A DNA stretch of 64,000 bases from Chiloscyllium plagiosum (taxonomy: Eukaryota). Where the stretch lies: the NCBI RefSeq assembly GCF_004010195.1, contig NC_057720.1, positions 18,949,220 to 19,013,219 on the forward strand, read 5' to 3'. Shown one piece after another: positions 23,248 through 35,529 of the stretch. The notes beneath the pieces are model-generated. The model was given only the letters and a program-made list of their open reading frames with translations. It had not been told where the DNA came from and ran no database searches. Positions within the stretch are counted from its first letter, which is position 1. The number at the start of each line of letters is the position of its first letter. Position numbers and translations under genes: made by a program.

Positions 23248-26087
23248 GTATACGGTATGAGCAGATGGGGAAAGAGTGAAGTTTTGGGTTGCAAAGGCTT
23301 TGACCAGGTAAGAACTTGCAGTAAACAATGAGATGCTGGAGGCAAGGGCAGTGGGTTAATGAGGTGAGAAGGCATTCATTTTGTAAAACCAGTTAATGAG
23401 GTGAAAAAGCATTATGTAAAGTCAGTTTAACAAAATGAAAAGGATTCATTATGTGAAGCCAGTTAAGGTTAAGAATATTCATTGTATAACACCAGATGGC
23501 TTAATGTTTACTATTGACACTAGCTGATTGTAACAGTCACTCAATCAATATGAATATTGCCTCATCTGGGTGCTGCTCCCTGTAAGTGACTATATAATTC
23601 ATTTAAGGATCTGTTGTTCGAAAGAAGACTGAGAACTCATGTCTCCCTCCAGAGCCCAGAATTTTGCTTCGACTGATAAGAGGATGGGGAAGTGTGACGA
23701 CATGATGGAGCTCTTAAAATTACGATATGCAATAGGCAAAATGCAGAGATCTGGTCAGATGATGGAACTGGAGCTGATTTGTAAAGCAAGGATGCAAATT
23801 TTAGAGCAGGTGTTGTGGACCAGGAGACATGGTAGTTTTACAAGCACGGTGTGAACATAGCTTTATATGAATTAGGATACGGGCTGCTGAATTTTGAGTG
23901 TTCAGCTTTGGAGGGTGAAAGATGAGAGGTCGGTGTTGTAAATATTGGAAGGGCTAAATTTCACGGTAACAAAGACATAAATGAGGGCTTCAGCAGCAAA
24001 AAATCTGAATGGTGAAGGAATGGATAATATCACACAGATGGCAGTAGGCAGTGTTGATGATGAAGCAGTTCTTGAGTTACAATCACAGTAAATCGGGTGA
24101 GCAGTGTGGAGTCCATGTAAAATGATTGAGAGTTTACAGTGGTACTGCACAAAGGTGTAGATTTTATGGTTGCTGCTTTAAAAATCTGACTGCATAAGAT
24201 GTAACAGACTCTAGAGTCTGTTTCCTCAATTCCAATGTGAGTTCTGGAATTTGGTATTATCTGTAATATCTATCTGTTAGTGAATACATGTTAAGACAGT
24301 TTATGGTAAAGTTTGTGTGAACATTATCACAAATGAATGCCAATGAGTATTGTCTTAATGCAGATGTTGCCAACTACTTTTGTTATTCAACATTGTGACC
24401 TCGCCCGTCAATAATACTCTCTGGAAATGAATACTATGTTCTTATTTTGTCAGAATTACTCAAAGTAGCATTTTTGTTTTAAAATGGTTGAGATGTTTTG
24501 GAAGTTGACCATTACCACATATTACTGAACTTAATTTCAATGAAAACAAATCAAACAATTTTAAATTGCAAGGTTTCAATTATTAACATCTTCAGGTCTT
24601 AAAGTCACAGCCAATTTAATTTGAGGACAGGATTATGTTTCCTCCTCCATCAGAAACTATGGATAGTCCTCCAAAATTTTAGCTTGAATTGATTGAAAAG
24701 TCAAACATCAGGGTTTCTTTGAAGCAATATAACTAATTTCTCACTTCCAGAAGAGGCACCCAAGAAACAGGTAAGTTCTTGAATCAGTGTATAGAAGTAT
24801 TGTAAGCTGTTAAATGAGAAGAGAAATAGATTGTATATGTATTAAGCTTGTGTTTTTCTTTGTAATCTGAAAGTGTTGGATTGTTAAATTATAAATTATA
24901 ACTGGTTGGTAAATTTGGTAATTTATTAATATTTATTTCAGGCTTGCCATATGTGAGCTGAGAATAACTAAAATGGCTTTCACCAACTGACCAGAATTGA
25001 AAATAGTATCCAGAATTTAAAGTAGAGATTTAGTAGAATTTAATTTAGTAGATTTAAAGTACAGAAAAAGGTGAGTGGCAGAGAGCCAGCTGTTGCTGGA
25101 GATTTTCTGGTGCCTCCCAAAATAAGAGAAACATCTTTTGAAGCTTTTATTGGTTGGATGGGTCTTTCCTGCATTGGCCCCCCAAAGCCATGTTCAGGAG
25201 CCAATCAGAATGTTTTTGTCAAGCACTTTCCCTTATTTCAGAAGCTGCTGGTTTTGTGTTATCTCCTTCTACACCCATTCTTCCTGTAAAATGCACTATT
25301 GTGTACAACTCTCAATGTGTCCCAGTAAACCAGACATTTTAAAACTGCAGCAATTTCTTTATTTTGTCATCTTGGTTTAAAGCAGTATATTTCCTTTTTT
25401 AGTTCACAGTCCAAAACCTAAGGAAATAAAAATGTGATCTTTACACCTATTATTTTTCTTGTCAGCCCCATTTTGTAGCTCCTTTATCCTCAACCTGCTC
25501 CACTTTACAGCCTAGCAGACTTGAATTTCATCTCCTAACAACTGTCCTCATCTTTTTCAGACACCAGTCATCAAGAAATGAGCCTGCAGTTCTCATTTGC
25601 TTGTCTTCTAGACCCACCTTAAAAACAAAATACTGGAAATACTCACCAAGTCTGGCGCTATCCATACAGAGTTCCTGTTTCACGTCATTAAACTTTTGTA
25701 AAATTTACGTCAGTATTTCATTACTTGGATTTGGAATTAGCCTTATTTAGTTGGACACCAAGAAAATTATTGATGGAGGTGAAATTGCTAATTTCCACAT
25801 GGTAGTTAAATCCTCAGGAGCTGAAACTTATAAATATTAAATCCTCTGATCATACTGAAGGGAAAATAATGTCGATGAAATAATTGCTTGAAACATTAGA
25901 ACACTGTAAATGTGCAGCAGGGTGGCCAATATAACAAAGAAACTGCTTATGATTGGTGTGGATTGTTTGTTGTTTATTATACAAGTCCAGGTGCTTAAGA
26001 TTTTTATCCTTTGACAGTTACTTTCACTGGAAAATATCTGGTACAATAAGTGCAAACTCTAATTTGATTGTTTTCTGTTTTTTTTAG

Positions 26088-26251
26088 CCCTGGAGAGTCT
26101 TGGATTTTGCTCTTACATTAGTGAAGTAAAGGAAGTCTTGCAAGAGTGTAAAACAGTGGCTCTAAAGAGGAGAAAAGCAAGCTCACGTCTCGAAAACCTT
26201 GGCATACCAGAAGAAGAGCTGTTGCGCCAACAACAGGAGCTATTTGCAAAA
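26088..26251 (+). CDS. DR1: DR1 coding exon 2
   Basis: Acceptor ttttctgttttttttag. Encodes (A)LESLGFCSYISEVKEVLQECKTVALKRRKASSRLENLGIPEEELLRQQQELFAK. 164 nt, donor AAA|GTAAGT. Phase matches exon 1. Absent from the ORF track. Confidence 0.98.
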
Positions 26252-27659
26252 GTAAGTAGTGGATTTGAAGACAAGTTGTAGATGGACGTTTACTAGATTT
26301 CAGTTTTTTTTAAATTCCAAAGTGTTGTGGCATCAGCCAGCTTCTGTGGTTTCCACGGTAACATATTTGCTGAATTAACTGTTTATGGCAATTTTGCAGC
26401 AGAAGATCTGCCATGAAGCAATATTCAAATATTTACATTAAATAATATGTCTGGACCACTATCTTCAGTTGTTAGGTGACTGAGGGAGGTGCCTAGTGAA
26501 ATTCTGAGAGGCTAATTGCTTAGATCTCTGCTGTTTCTAATTTACACAAGCAAACGTAATGTGATAGTCATTTCTGCTGGTCAAATTCCAGGATTTAAAG
26601 TAGACGGGGTGATTGGGAGTTAGGATAATGACTAGTAAGGGGATTCAGATCACTTATGTAGTTTGGGAGATTAAATTTGAAACAATAATAAAGTTGTTCA
26701 TATCAGATAAAAACTGAATGTCTTAATTCAAAGTCAGTTTTGTTTGAGCAAATAGTTGAATTATTTAGTTATTATTACATCATGTTCATGGAATGGTGCA
26801 GGAACCTCTCCCTCTATGATTTCAATTTGAAGTAAGCAATTTCAGGCTGAAGATAGTTGATTGTAGGTGTGGAAAGCATTGTGTAGAATTAGTACATCGA
26901 GATTTTCAAGCCTTAGGAGGTAAAATAGACTCACCTCCTTCATTCAAAAGTGTTGCAGATGTTGAAAATCTGAAATGAAGACATAAAATATTGGAAACAT
27001 TCAGCAGGTCAGGCAGCATCTGTGGAGAGAAATTATAAATATTTCAGGCGAGGGACTTGTCTTGGTAATGTCTGACTTTATAATGCAGTTACCAGACTAA
27101 CCTGGGTACTTTAGGTTCTGACCATGTTAAAGAAAGAATGCACATGTTTCAGGGAAAAGAGCAACAAAATAATATAAGGGAGTTTCAATTGTAGTTGGAT
27201 GCTAAGATTGAAGTATTAATTGCCTATTCTTGTTCACGGATTCTGTATTCTCATTAAGATGGAGGGGAGGATTAGACTTGGATTTTCCCCCAGCCCCACC
27301 TGGGGAAAACACCTTTTCCATTTTTGTAGCTTTCATTAGCAAAATAGTGAGGTGGGTATCTCTCCCTATGGGGACTACTTCTTGATCAGTCCCACTTTTA
27401 TGCAGCTTGTGTCCAAATAAATTGAGTTGTGTTCATTTCTGTTGTGATGCCGATTGTTGTTTACAGGCATCCGAGATGTTTCCTGGCATTACTGTGAGAG
27501 CTTCTTTTAAGTAGGGTAGAATAACCAGGGTAAATGGCTTTGTTTATCTTGGCCAGATCACTGAATGAAAACTGCTGCTGAAGTTGTTTCAGCGTTTAAT
27601 GTAAGTTTAGGGTTCTACATTAGTTTTTTTCTTCTCAATGTGCCGTAAATAAATGTAGA

Positions 27660-29500
27660 AAATAGGAATAGGAGTACGCCATTTGGCCCTTCAAGCCTGT
27701 TCAGGAATTCAATATGATCATGACTAATAGTCCAACTCAGTACCATACTCCCACTTCTCCCTTACCCTTTGATCCCTTTCGTCCTGAGAACTGTATCTAA
27801 CTCCTTGAAAATTTCAATTATTTTGGCCTCAACCACTTTGTTTAGCAGAGAATTCCACAGGCTCATCACTCTCTTGCTTAAAAAAAAATTCCTCATCTCA
27901 GTTCTAAATGGCTTGGTCTGTATCCTTAGTCTGTAACTTCTGGTTCTGGACTCCCTGCCCAATGGAAGCATCCTTCCTATGTTTAACCTGTCCAGTCCTG
28001 TTGGAATTTTATGGGATTCTGTGCAATTTCCCCCCTCATTCTTCTAAACTCCAGTAAGTATAGTCCAAACTGATCCGGTCTCTCTCTATGCGTCAGTTGT
28101 GCCACCTCAGAAATCAGTCTGCTAAACTTGTGTTGCACTTCCTCCATAACCAAAACATCCACAGGATGGATAAATGGGGTGGTTTGGACACAAGTTCAGG
28201 TCTGGTCTCACTAAGGCCTTGTACATTTACAGCAACACATATCTGTTCCTGAACATCAAACATAGAACAATACAGCACAGGTAGAGTTCTTCACCCCACC
28301 ATTTCTATGCTAACCATGATGCCATTCCAAACAAATCCCAACTGCCTGCATATGATCCTTATCCCTTTATTCCCAGCCTGTTCACATGTGTGTCTCCAAT
28401 GCCTCTTAAATGTTGCTATTGTATTTGCTTTTGCCATCTCCCCTGACTCTGTCTGTCTGTTCCAGGCACCTACGACCCTCTACGTAAAACCTGCCTTGCA
28501 AGCATTGTACAACAATAATACAAAGACATTGTTGTAGATGTAAGAAGGCATGGGTTGGCTCTCTGTGCCATTCTGCATGCTTTCTCCACAACCTTATATA
28601 TTTTAAAATATTTAGTCACTTGTTCCTTTAAAAAACCTTCTGCTTTATGCACTTCTTACAAACTTTCTATGTACTAATCACCATAGTGTATAAACTTTAT
28701 TTTTAAGTGATAATCTTATGCTCTGCATTTACTATTCGAATCCCCTCACCATGAAGGCCAGTATACCATTTGTCTTCACTACCTGCTGGATCTACATGAT
28801 TCAGTGACTGCGTATAAGAATACCCAGGTCTCATTACACCAACCTCTTTTCCAATGTATCGCCATTCAGATAATCTGCCTTCCTGTCTTTGCTACCAAGT
28901 GGATGGCCTCACATTTACCCACACCATCTGCCATGTATTTGTCAGCTCATTCAACTTATCCAAATCACACTGAAGCCTCTCCCTAACAGCTCTTCCTCTC
29001 ACCTAGCTTTGTGTCACCTGCAAATATTATGTTTAGTTCCTTCATCTAAACCATGAATATATATTGTGAATAGCTGGGGTCCAAGCACTAATCTGTGCAG
29101 TATCCCACTTCATTCTGACTGCCACTTAGGAATAAAACTTGTTTTTTCCTACAGTTTCCTGTCTGCCAACTAGTTCTCTATTCCTGTCCATACAACTACA
29201 CCAATCCCATGCGTTTTAATTTAGTTACTAATCTTTTATGTGGGATCTTCTTGAAGCCTTCTGAAGGACCAAGTAAGCCACATCCACTGGCTCCAAATGA
29301 TTAACTGTACTAGTTACACCCTCAAAAAAAATTCCAATTGAATTGTTGAGCAATCTTTCCCTTGTGTAAATTCATGCTGACTTTGTCTGATGTTGTCATT
29401 GTTTTCCAACTGCTCTGCTATTAAATCTTTTATAATGGACTCTATTAATGGGCAAAAATGCTAATGTCAGACTGACCAGTCTATCATACTATTTTCTCTC
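27660..29500 (-). mobile_element. Cluster of old CR1-type LINE fragments
   Basis: ORF 27762-27971 reads SRTRSYRLRI..MRNFFLSKRVMSLWNSL. Further RT-like sequence at 28740-29500. Confidence 0.75.
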
Positions 29501-30984
29501 TTGCCTGTGTTTGAACAATCAATATATGCTGTGGTAAATTAATCACCAGTACAACAGTTAATATTGTAAATGTCAAAAGAACAATTTCTACTTCATTTGA
29601 ATTGATTGGAAAATGTGATATTGCTTAATCTGAATTCCAAATACAAACCATACGTGTGTGAACAGGTTAATTTAACTAAGTTTGGAATTCCTAATGCTGT
29701 CTGTTTCCTCATTACAGATGCTGCCAGACCTGCTGAGTTTCTCTGGCAATTTCTGGTTGTTTTTTTTGTTTCAAATATTTTTCTCTATCTTCTTTCTCAG
29801 TTTTCAGATTCTCTGCTTTCCAAATGCATGATGCTGTACCAACGTCCTATCCAAAGGCTGTTTTCTCTATTTTTTTCATTATAGAACATTAATTTGAAGT
29901 TGTAGGTATGTTTCTGGGAGCTAATGCTTCACTCAAAACGATTTGCATCAAAACAAGTTTCACTTTTAAATATAAATAATACCAGGAGTTGTATTTTCAA
30001 CCATAATAACTAACATGGACTTGCAATTAACAAAACAGTGTAAATAAATCTTGGACAGTCCTTGTGATGTAACAAAGAACCACCGAGTTGGGATGTTTTT
30101 TCCCTGATTATTGTAAAATAGTTATACCCTATGTCCCCAGTATATAGTAGACGCATTTTTAAAAGTTTTGATTTCCTGTGCTGAGTTTTAGTAATTTGCT
30201 TCATCCTTTAAGCTAGCCATTTGCCTTTGCTAATTTTCTCTTGGTTGTGACTACTTATCTTGCCACTGGACGAATTTGTTTCTCCAGTGCCAGTGCTGAC
30301 TCTCCAGGTGTTGAGGGGGTCAGCACCAACTTTCCCTCAGCACATTGCCAAGCTATTCATGGGGTCATTGCCATCAGTCTCCTGTTAGGCCACCTGCGGT
30401 GAGTAAGAGTGACCATGGGGCTACTCCTCTGCTAGCCCTGCTGCTGCCACTATAGAATATGCAGAGTCCTCAGTGCAGACCTCAAGGATTGTGCTTTCGG
30501 CCATCTGTAGGATAGAGAATGTTCTAAGCTGAGTGGGGAGACACCAGCATCTAAAGTGAAAGCATGTAAATTCTACAGACTGGCAAAGCAGCCTAGCTGG
30601 TAATGATGCAGGCAGGAACAGAAAGCCTTTCGTACGCTGATCCTAAATACTTTAACGGGATAGGCAGTACTTAAGTTCAATGAATAGGTAGTAATTTTTT
30701 TCAGTTACTTAATAACGAAACAACTTTATTTGTAAAATAAAAACCAAAAGAATGCGAATGCTGTAAATCAGAAACAAAAACTTGGTGATGGGATACCAGC
30801 CTCTCTGGAGTTATTCCAAAGTAGGATCTTTCGGACTGGTCACAGTAATTGTCACACTGTCAACTCGATTACTTGATTCTTCAGGATCACAGTGACATCT
30901 TCTGATTGAGACAGTGGTTGACAAGAATTAGAATATTAAGCCTTTTGAGACTCCTCGAGATGCTTTCGTTGCAAATGTGATTTA

Positions 30985-31415
30985 GAGTCATACAGACATA
31001 CGGCATGGAATCAGATCCTTAGCACCACTCGTCCGTGCCAACCGGAGATCCCAATCTGAACTAGGCCCATTTGCTGTTGTTTGGTCCATATCATTCTGAA
31101 GAGGAGAAAGTGAGTCTGCAGATGCTGGAGATCAAAGTTGAAACTTTATTGCTGGAACAGCACAGCAGGTCAGGCAGCATCCAGGGAACAGGAGATTCGA
31201 CGTTTCGGGCACAGGCCCTTCTTCAGGAATATCATTCTGAACCCTTCCTATTCGTATACCCATCCAGATGCCTTTTAAATGTTGTAATTGTACTAGCTTC
31301 CACACTTCCTCTGGCAGCTTATTCCACACACGTGCCACCCTATGCGTGAAAAAGTTACCCCGTTGGTCCTTTTAAAATCTTGCCCCTCTCACTGTAAACC
31401 TATGACCCCTAGTTT
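30985..31415 (-). mobile_element. CR1/HER1 3' fragment interrupted by a 128-bp Penelope-terminus insertion (31101-31228)
   Basis: 13-bp TSD ATATCATTCTGAA at 31088-31100 and 31229-31241. The insert is the reverse complement of a 7940-8065-like tail. Confidence 0.85.
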
Positions 31416-32966
31416 TGTTTTTTATTATAGTAATGCTTTATTTTGGATGTGTCCTTTGCTGAAATCCCTCAGGGTGACCTGTGAATGGTAGATCAGGATA
31501 GTGGATACATGTTTAATATAGCTGTTTAAGTACATTGATTATGGTGATTAGATCTTAGGTCATTGTGAACGGCACTGCGGCTTGTCTCATATTCTGCCCC
31601 TGACCATTTCTGTTCTGCTCTCACACTTCCCTCTTTGTCAGTCCCCCATTGGGCCTTGTGCATCAGATTCAAAACTCTTGAATCTTTTCTATTATCTGTC
31701 CGTGACCTTTTCTCTCCTCAGTGTAATTTCTCTCAGCTCTCGTTGCTAGGATAGGGTGTCTCTTGTTCCTTTTGATTCTGGCCACATTTGCATCACCGTC
31801 CGACCCCCACCTATTCCACTGACAGGAGCAGAATCACATGCACTGGAGTATTCTTCCTAACTTGCTATCTCACTCAAAACCAAAGTTCTTTAACCATCTT
31901 TTCTGTAACCTTCTCAAGTTGTTTTGCAGCAGTACCCTCCTTTCTCTGTGAAGTGCTTTGGGAAGTTCCATTCTGTTGCAAATTCTGTGTTTATTTTTGA
32001 CAAGCTAAGGAGACAGATTGAAAAACAATTGTTCCCTATCCATTACATTCAATTCAATATCTTTTAATTGCTCAAATGAAAATTCATTTCAGGTACTTTG
32101 CTTGCTTATTCATTAAAAATCAACACTGAGTAAGAATTTTTTTTAATTACCCTATCACAGAGGAATATCATTAATTAATATGTATTGAAAACTATTAAAA
32201 TGCAGTAAATTAATTAGTCAGTAAATCCTAACTTTCATTCACCGAATTCCAATTAAAGGGAAAGTCACCAAGTCCTAATGGATCATAGGACTGCTGTCTG
32301 ACTGGAGAGTGATGATTGGTGGTGGTTTAACTTAAGGGGCCACATGCCTCAGGTGAGGGGAATGGTTGGGCTGGAGGTTCCTTTCTGGTAACCAAAATTC
32401 TTACTAAATTTTTTTAATGCTGCCAGATGTACTGAGTTTCTCCAGCAATTTCTGTTTTTGTTTCAAGTTATTTTATCTGTCTTTCCTCATATTTTCCCTG
32501 CCCTTTCAAATCTAGCTGGCCAATTCTGAAAGCATCAGCACTCGTCAAAAACAATATTAATTCTCTGGAGAAAAACCAAACTTCTACGTCTGGGTCTAAG
32601 TGACCTAAATGGAATGACAACTTTTTGAAAATATGAATCTCTGGTGTCACATTCAGGGTTTGTAAAAATAGTAGTTTAAAGACACTTTCTTTGGATCAAT
32701 GAGCATTCTTGTTCAGGTTGGCTGATGTTTCAAAACATTATTGCTTTGTTCATAAGCATGTTTTGAGGGAAAGGTAGTCTCTTATTGTCCTGGTTTAATA
32801 TATCATCTTGCCAATCAAACAAGGCCTTGCTCCTTCCATTATGTTCTATAATCACATTGGCTGCATAATGGAAGGTTCATTATGTTAGCCTCACCTCCAC
32901 TGTCATGTGGCAGGCTACTAGACTGTTTCAGTGAAAAACGTTTACACGTGTCTTTTGTTTTTACAG

Positions 32967-33116
32967 GCCAGACAGCAGCAGGCAGAGTTAGCCCAGCAGG
33001 AATGGTTACAGATGCAGCAAGCAGCCCAGCAAGCACAGTTAGCAGCATCTGCCACTGCCAATCCAGTCAACAAAGCAGGATCATCACAAGATGAAGAGGA
33101 AGAAGATGATGTGTAA
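32967..33116 (+). CDS. DR1: DR1 coding exon 3 (Q/A-rich region and acidic tail, stop TAA)
   Basis: Acceptor tcttttgtttttacag. Encodes ARQQQAELAQQEWLQMQQAAQQAQLAASATANPVNKAGSSQDEEEEDDV*. Spliced CDS is 534 nt (177 aa). Confidence 0.98.
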   Translation, partial: ARQQQAELAQQEWLQMQQAAQQAQLAASATANPVNKAGSSQDEEEEDDV

Positions 33117-34144
33117 ACCTTACCAGCAAATTCGCTGTACACATCTTTTACCACGTGTTAACAATGACTTGGTCTGTCTGCAATTTCCAGCTTCATTCAA
33201 AACTTTGCAGACCGGCTCCTGGTGTTAAGAGTGTCACTGGTCAAGTTACAGTTGCCATGAGTTTTCATGTGTAACAGTGAATCACTTAAGTGTACAGGAT
33301 TGGAAGTTTTGCAGACTGATATTTAATATTTACCTAACAACAGGTGACCAGAATTGGGAGCAACAAATCATTGCAGTACTTTATGGCTCCAGCACCTGTT
33401 TCTTGTATCTCTCTGAAATTCAGTATTGTTACTGCTCATGAATCTGAGAAGTAATGCTTCAGTTTGTGTAATCGGTTGCTTCCTTATTGTTCAGTACCGA
33501 CAGCAAAATTTATTAAGTGGCTTATTTAAGTTTGCAACTGAAATGTTTTTTTAATGTATGACTTATAACTGGTGGTAAGAATGACTTTAAAAAAATTCAA
33601 ATTTAACTGCCCGTATTTCATTTTTTCCTTTGAAAAAGATGTTTGACTGGGTTCACGGAATTTTAAGAAGTAATCATATTAACTTTGGTAAAACCATCAG
33701 ATCTGTAGTCGGCTATTTACTCTTGATTTTATGTGGCACGTGTTCTTACTTCATGGCTAGTTTTAACTCCTGAATGTTAAGTAAACTGTATTTCCCAATG
33801 TCAGTGTTAAAAACAAAACACCATTTTAGTCAGCAGTTATAGTACCAAAGAGTGAAGTCAACAGTGGGAAGATTGACAAACGAGTTAGGGTACTTTAGAG
33901 AGTATATATTAACTGCTACTTAAATGTTTTAGCTGTTTTTGTACTGTTCATGTTCTTACAAAAATATGCATAACTGCTAACTATTTTGGGATTGACAGAT
34001 TTCACCTTTATCTGTGAGAGATTTCCAATGCAGAGTGTATGTTTTTTTAAATCACAATGCGAAGTTGATTGTGCTAGTTAATATGTAACTCTTCCCTGGT
34101 GCTTATTGTTCTCTTACATTTTTTCATGTGCTGTTTCTCTTAGC

Positions 34145-34169
34145 AATAAAAAGACATGTTTTTATTAAA
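34145..34169 (+). terminator. DR1: Probable DR1 polyadenylation signals
   Basis: AATAAA at 34145-34150 and ATTAAA at 34164-34169, followed by T-rich sequence. About 1 kb of repeat-free 3' UTR precedes them, and repeats resume shortly after. Confidence 0.65.
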
Positions 34170-34464
34170 AATGCACTTTTTGATTTGCATCTTTCAGAAA
34201 TGCATTACTACTAAGCACAAGTTGACACTTAGATTTACAAAAAAAAGTCTATAATCCTGTGGAAATGTTAACAAATTTATATTTTACTTACAATTTCCCT
34301 AAATTCTACCACCTGCGCTAACATTGCCAAATTGAAATAGCAAGCAAAAGATCCAACTGCAACGGAGACTGTGGACAAGCGTGCCATAATTTTGAAGAAA
34401 GGTCAATGGACCCAAAACATTACTCTGCTTTCTTTACACAGATGCTGCTAGAACACCTGAGCTT

Positions 34465-34690
34465 AGCAAGATTTGAGAAGATTTGTAGCTCAGGTTGAGG
34501 TTCTGGATGTAGGTTTCCTCACTGAGCTGGAAGGTTCATTTCCAGACATTTCATCACCCTACTAGGTAACATCTTCAGTGGGCATCCGGGCGAGGCATTG
34601 CTGATAATTCCTGCTTTCTATGTATATGTTTGGGTTTCTTTGGGTTGGTGATGTCATTTCCTGTTTTTTTTTCTCAGGAGGAGGTAGATG
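34465..34690 (-). mobile_element. Putative Penelope terminal fragment (different family)
   Basis: Minus strand reads CCACTGAAGATGTTACCTAGTAGGGTGATGAAATGTCTGG (hammerhead-like core) followed by GAACCTTCCAGCTCAG. Confidence 0.55.
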
Positions 34691-34694
34691 GTAG

Positions 34695-35170
34695 ATTCTG
34701 GTCTCCTTCCTATCGGAAAGATGTGAAACCTTTGAAAGGGTTCAGAAATAATTTACAAGGATGTTGCCAGGGTTGGAGGATTTGAGTTATAGGGAGATGT
34801 TGACTAGGCTAGGGCTGTTTTCCCTGAGGTTTTTAAAATTATGAGGGGCGTGGATAGGATAAATAGACAAAGTCTTTTCCCTGGGGTGTGGGAATCCAGA
34901 ACTAGAGGTCATAGGTTTAGGGTGAGAGGGGAAAGATATAAAAGAGGCCTAAGAGGCAACTTTTTCACTCAGAGGGTGGTATGGGTATGGAATGAGCGGC
35001 CAGAGGATCTGGTGGAGGCTAGCACAATTGCAACATTTAAAAGGCATTTGGATGGGTATATGAATAGGAAGGGTTTGGAGTGATATGGGCCGGGTGCTGG
35101 CAGGTGAGACTAGATTGGGTAGGGATATCTGGACGGGTTGGACCGAAGGGTCTGCTTCCATGCTGTACAA
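34695..35170 (+). mobile_element. CR1/HER1 LINE 3' fragment
   Basis: ORF 34841-35083 reads SRTRGHRFRVRGERYKRGLRGNFFTQRVVWVWNE. Confidence 0.9.
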
Positions 35171-35529
35171 AGTTTTAATATTCTTATCTGGAGAATATAA
35201 TTACAAACTGAAATCATCCAAATATATCAGACCACTTTTAATTGTACTTTTAATGTTTTATATATTCACCACTGAACGAAAGTCAAAACTTAAATAGTGG
35301 TCCCTTTGCCTTCGACAAACTGTGGCCTCTAATACACTATTGTTGCAACATGCAGATAGATTGTAAAGTTTTAACTATTTATTCCAAATATGTTAAGCAT
35401 TCCATTATGTAGGAGGTGTCAAGTGTTTTAGCATTCTTGCCAAAAAGCCATTATGCTGCTTTTTTGATGTTCAATTTTTGTATGAAGTCATAATAAATAT
35501 ACTTTAGTTAGTCATTGGTTCTTGTCTAT

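Larger units (their letters stand above)
18832..23702 (+). mobile_element. Non-autonomous ERV-like LTR element carrying an RBPMS2 retrocopy
   Basis: 5' LTR at 18832-19379 (TGAGAAAG..GACA; TATA about 19203; AATAAA 19297). PBS at 19384-19401. PPT AAAAGGAGAGAA at 21767-21778. 3' LTR starts TGAGAAAG at 21779, is split by a CR1 insertion, and resumes at about 23248-23702. No gag/pol ORF and no convincing TSD. Confidence 0.8.
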
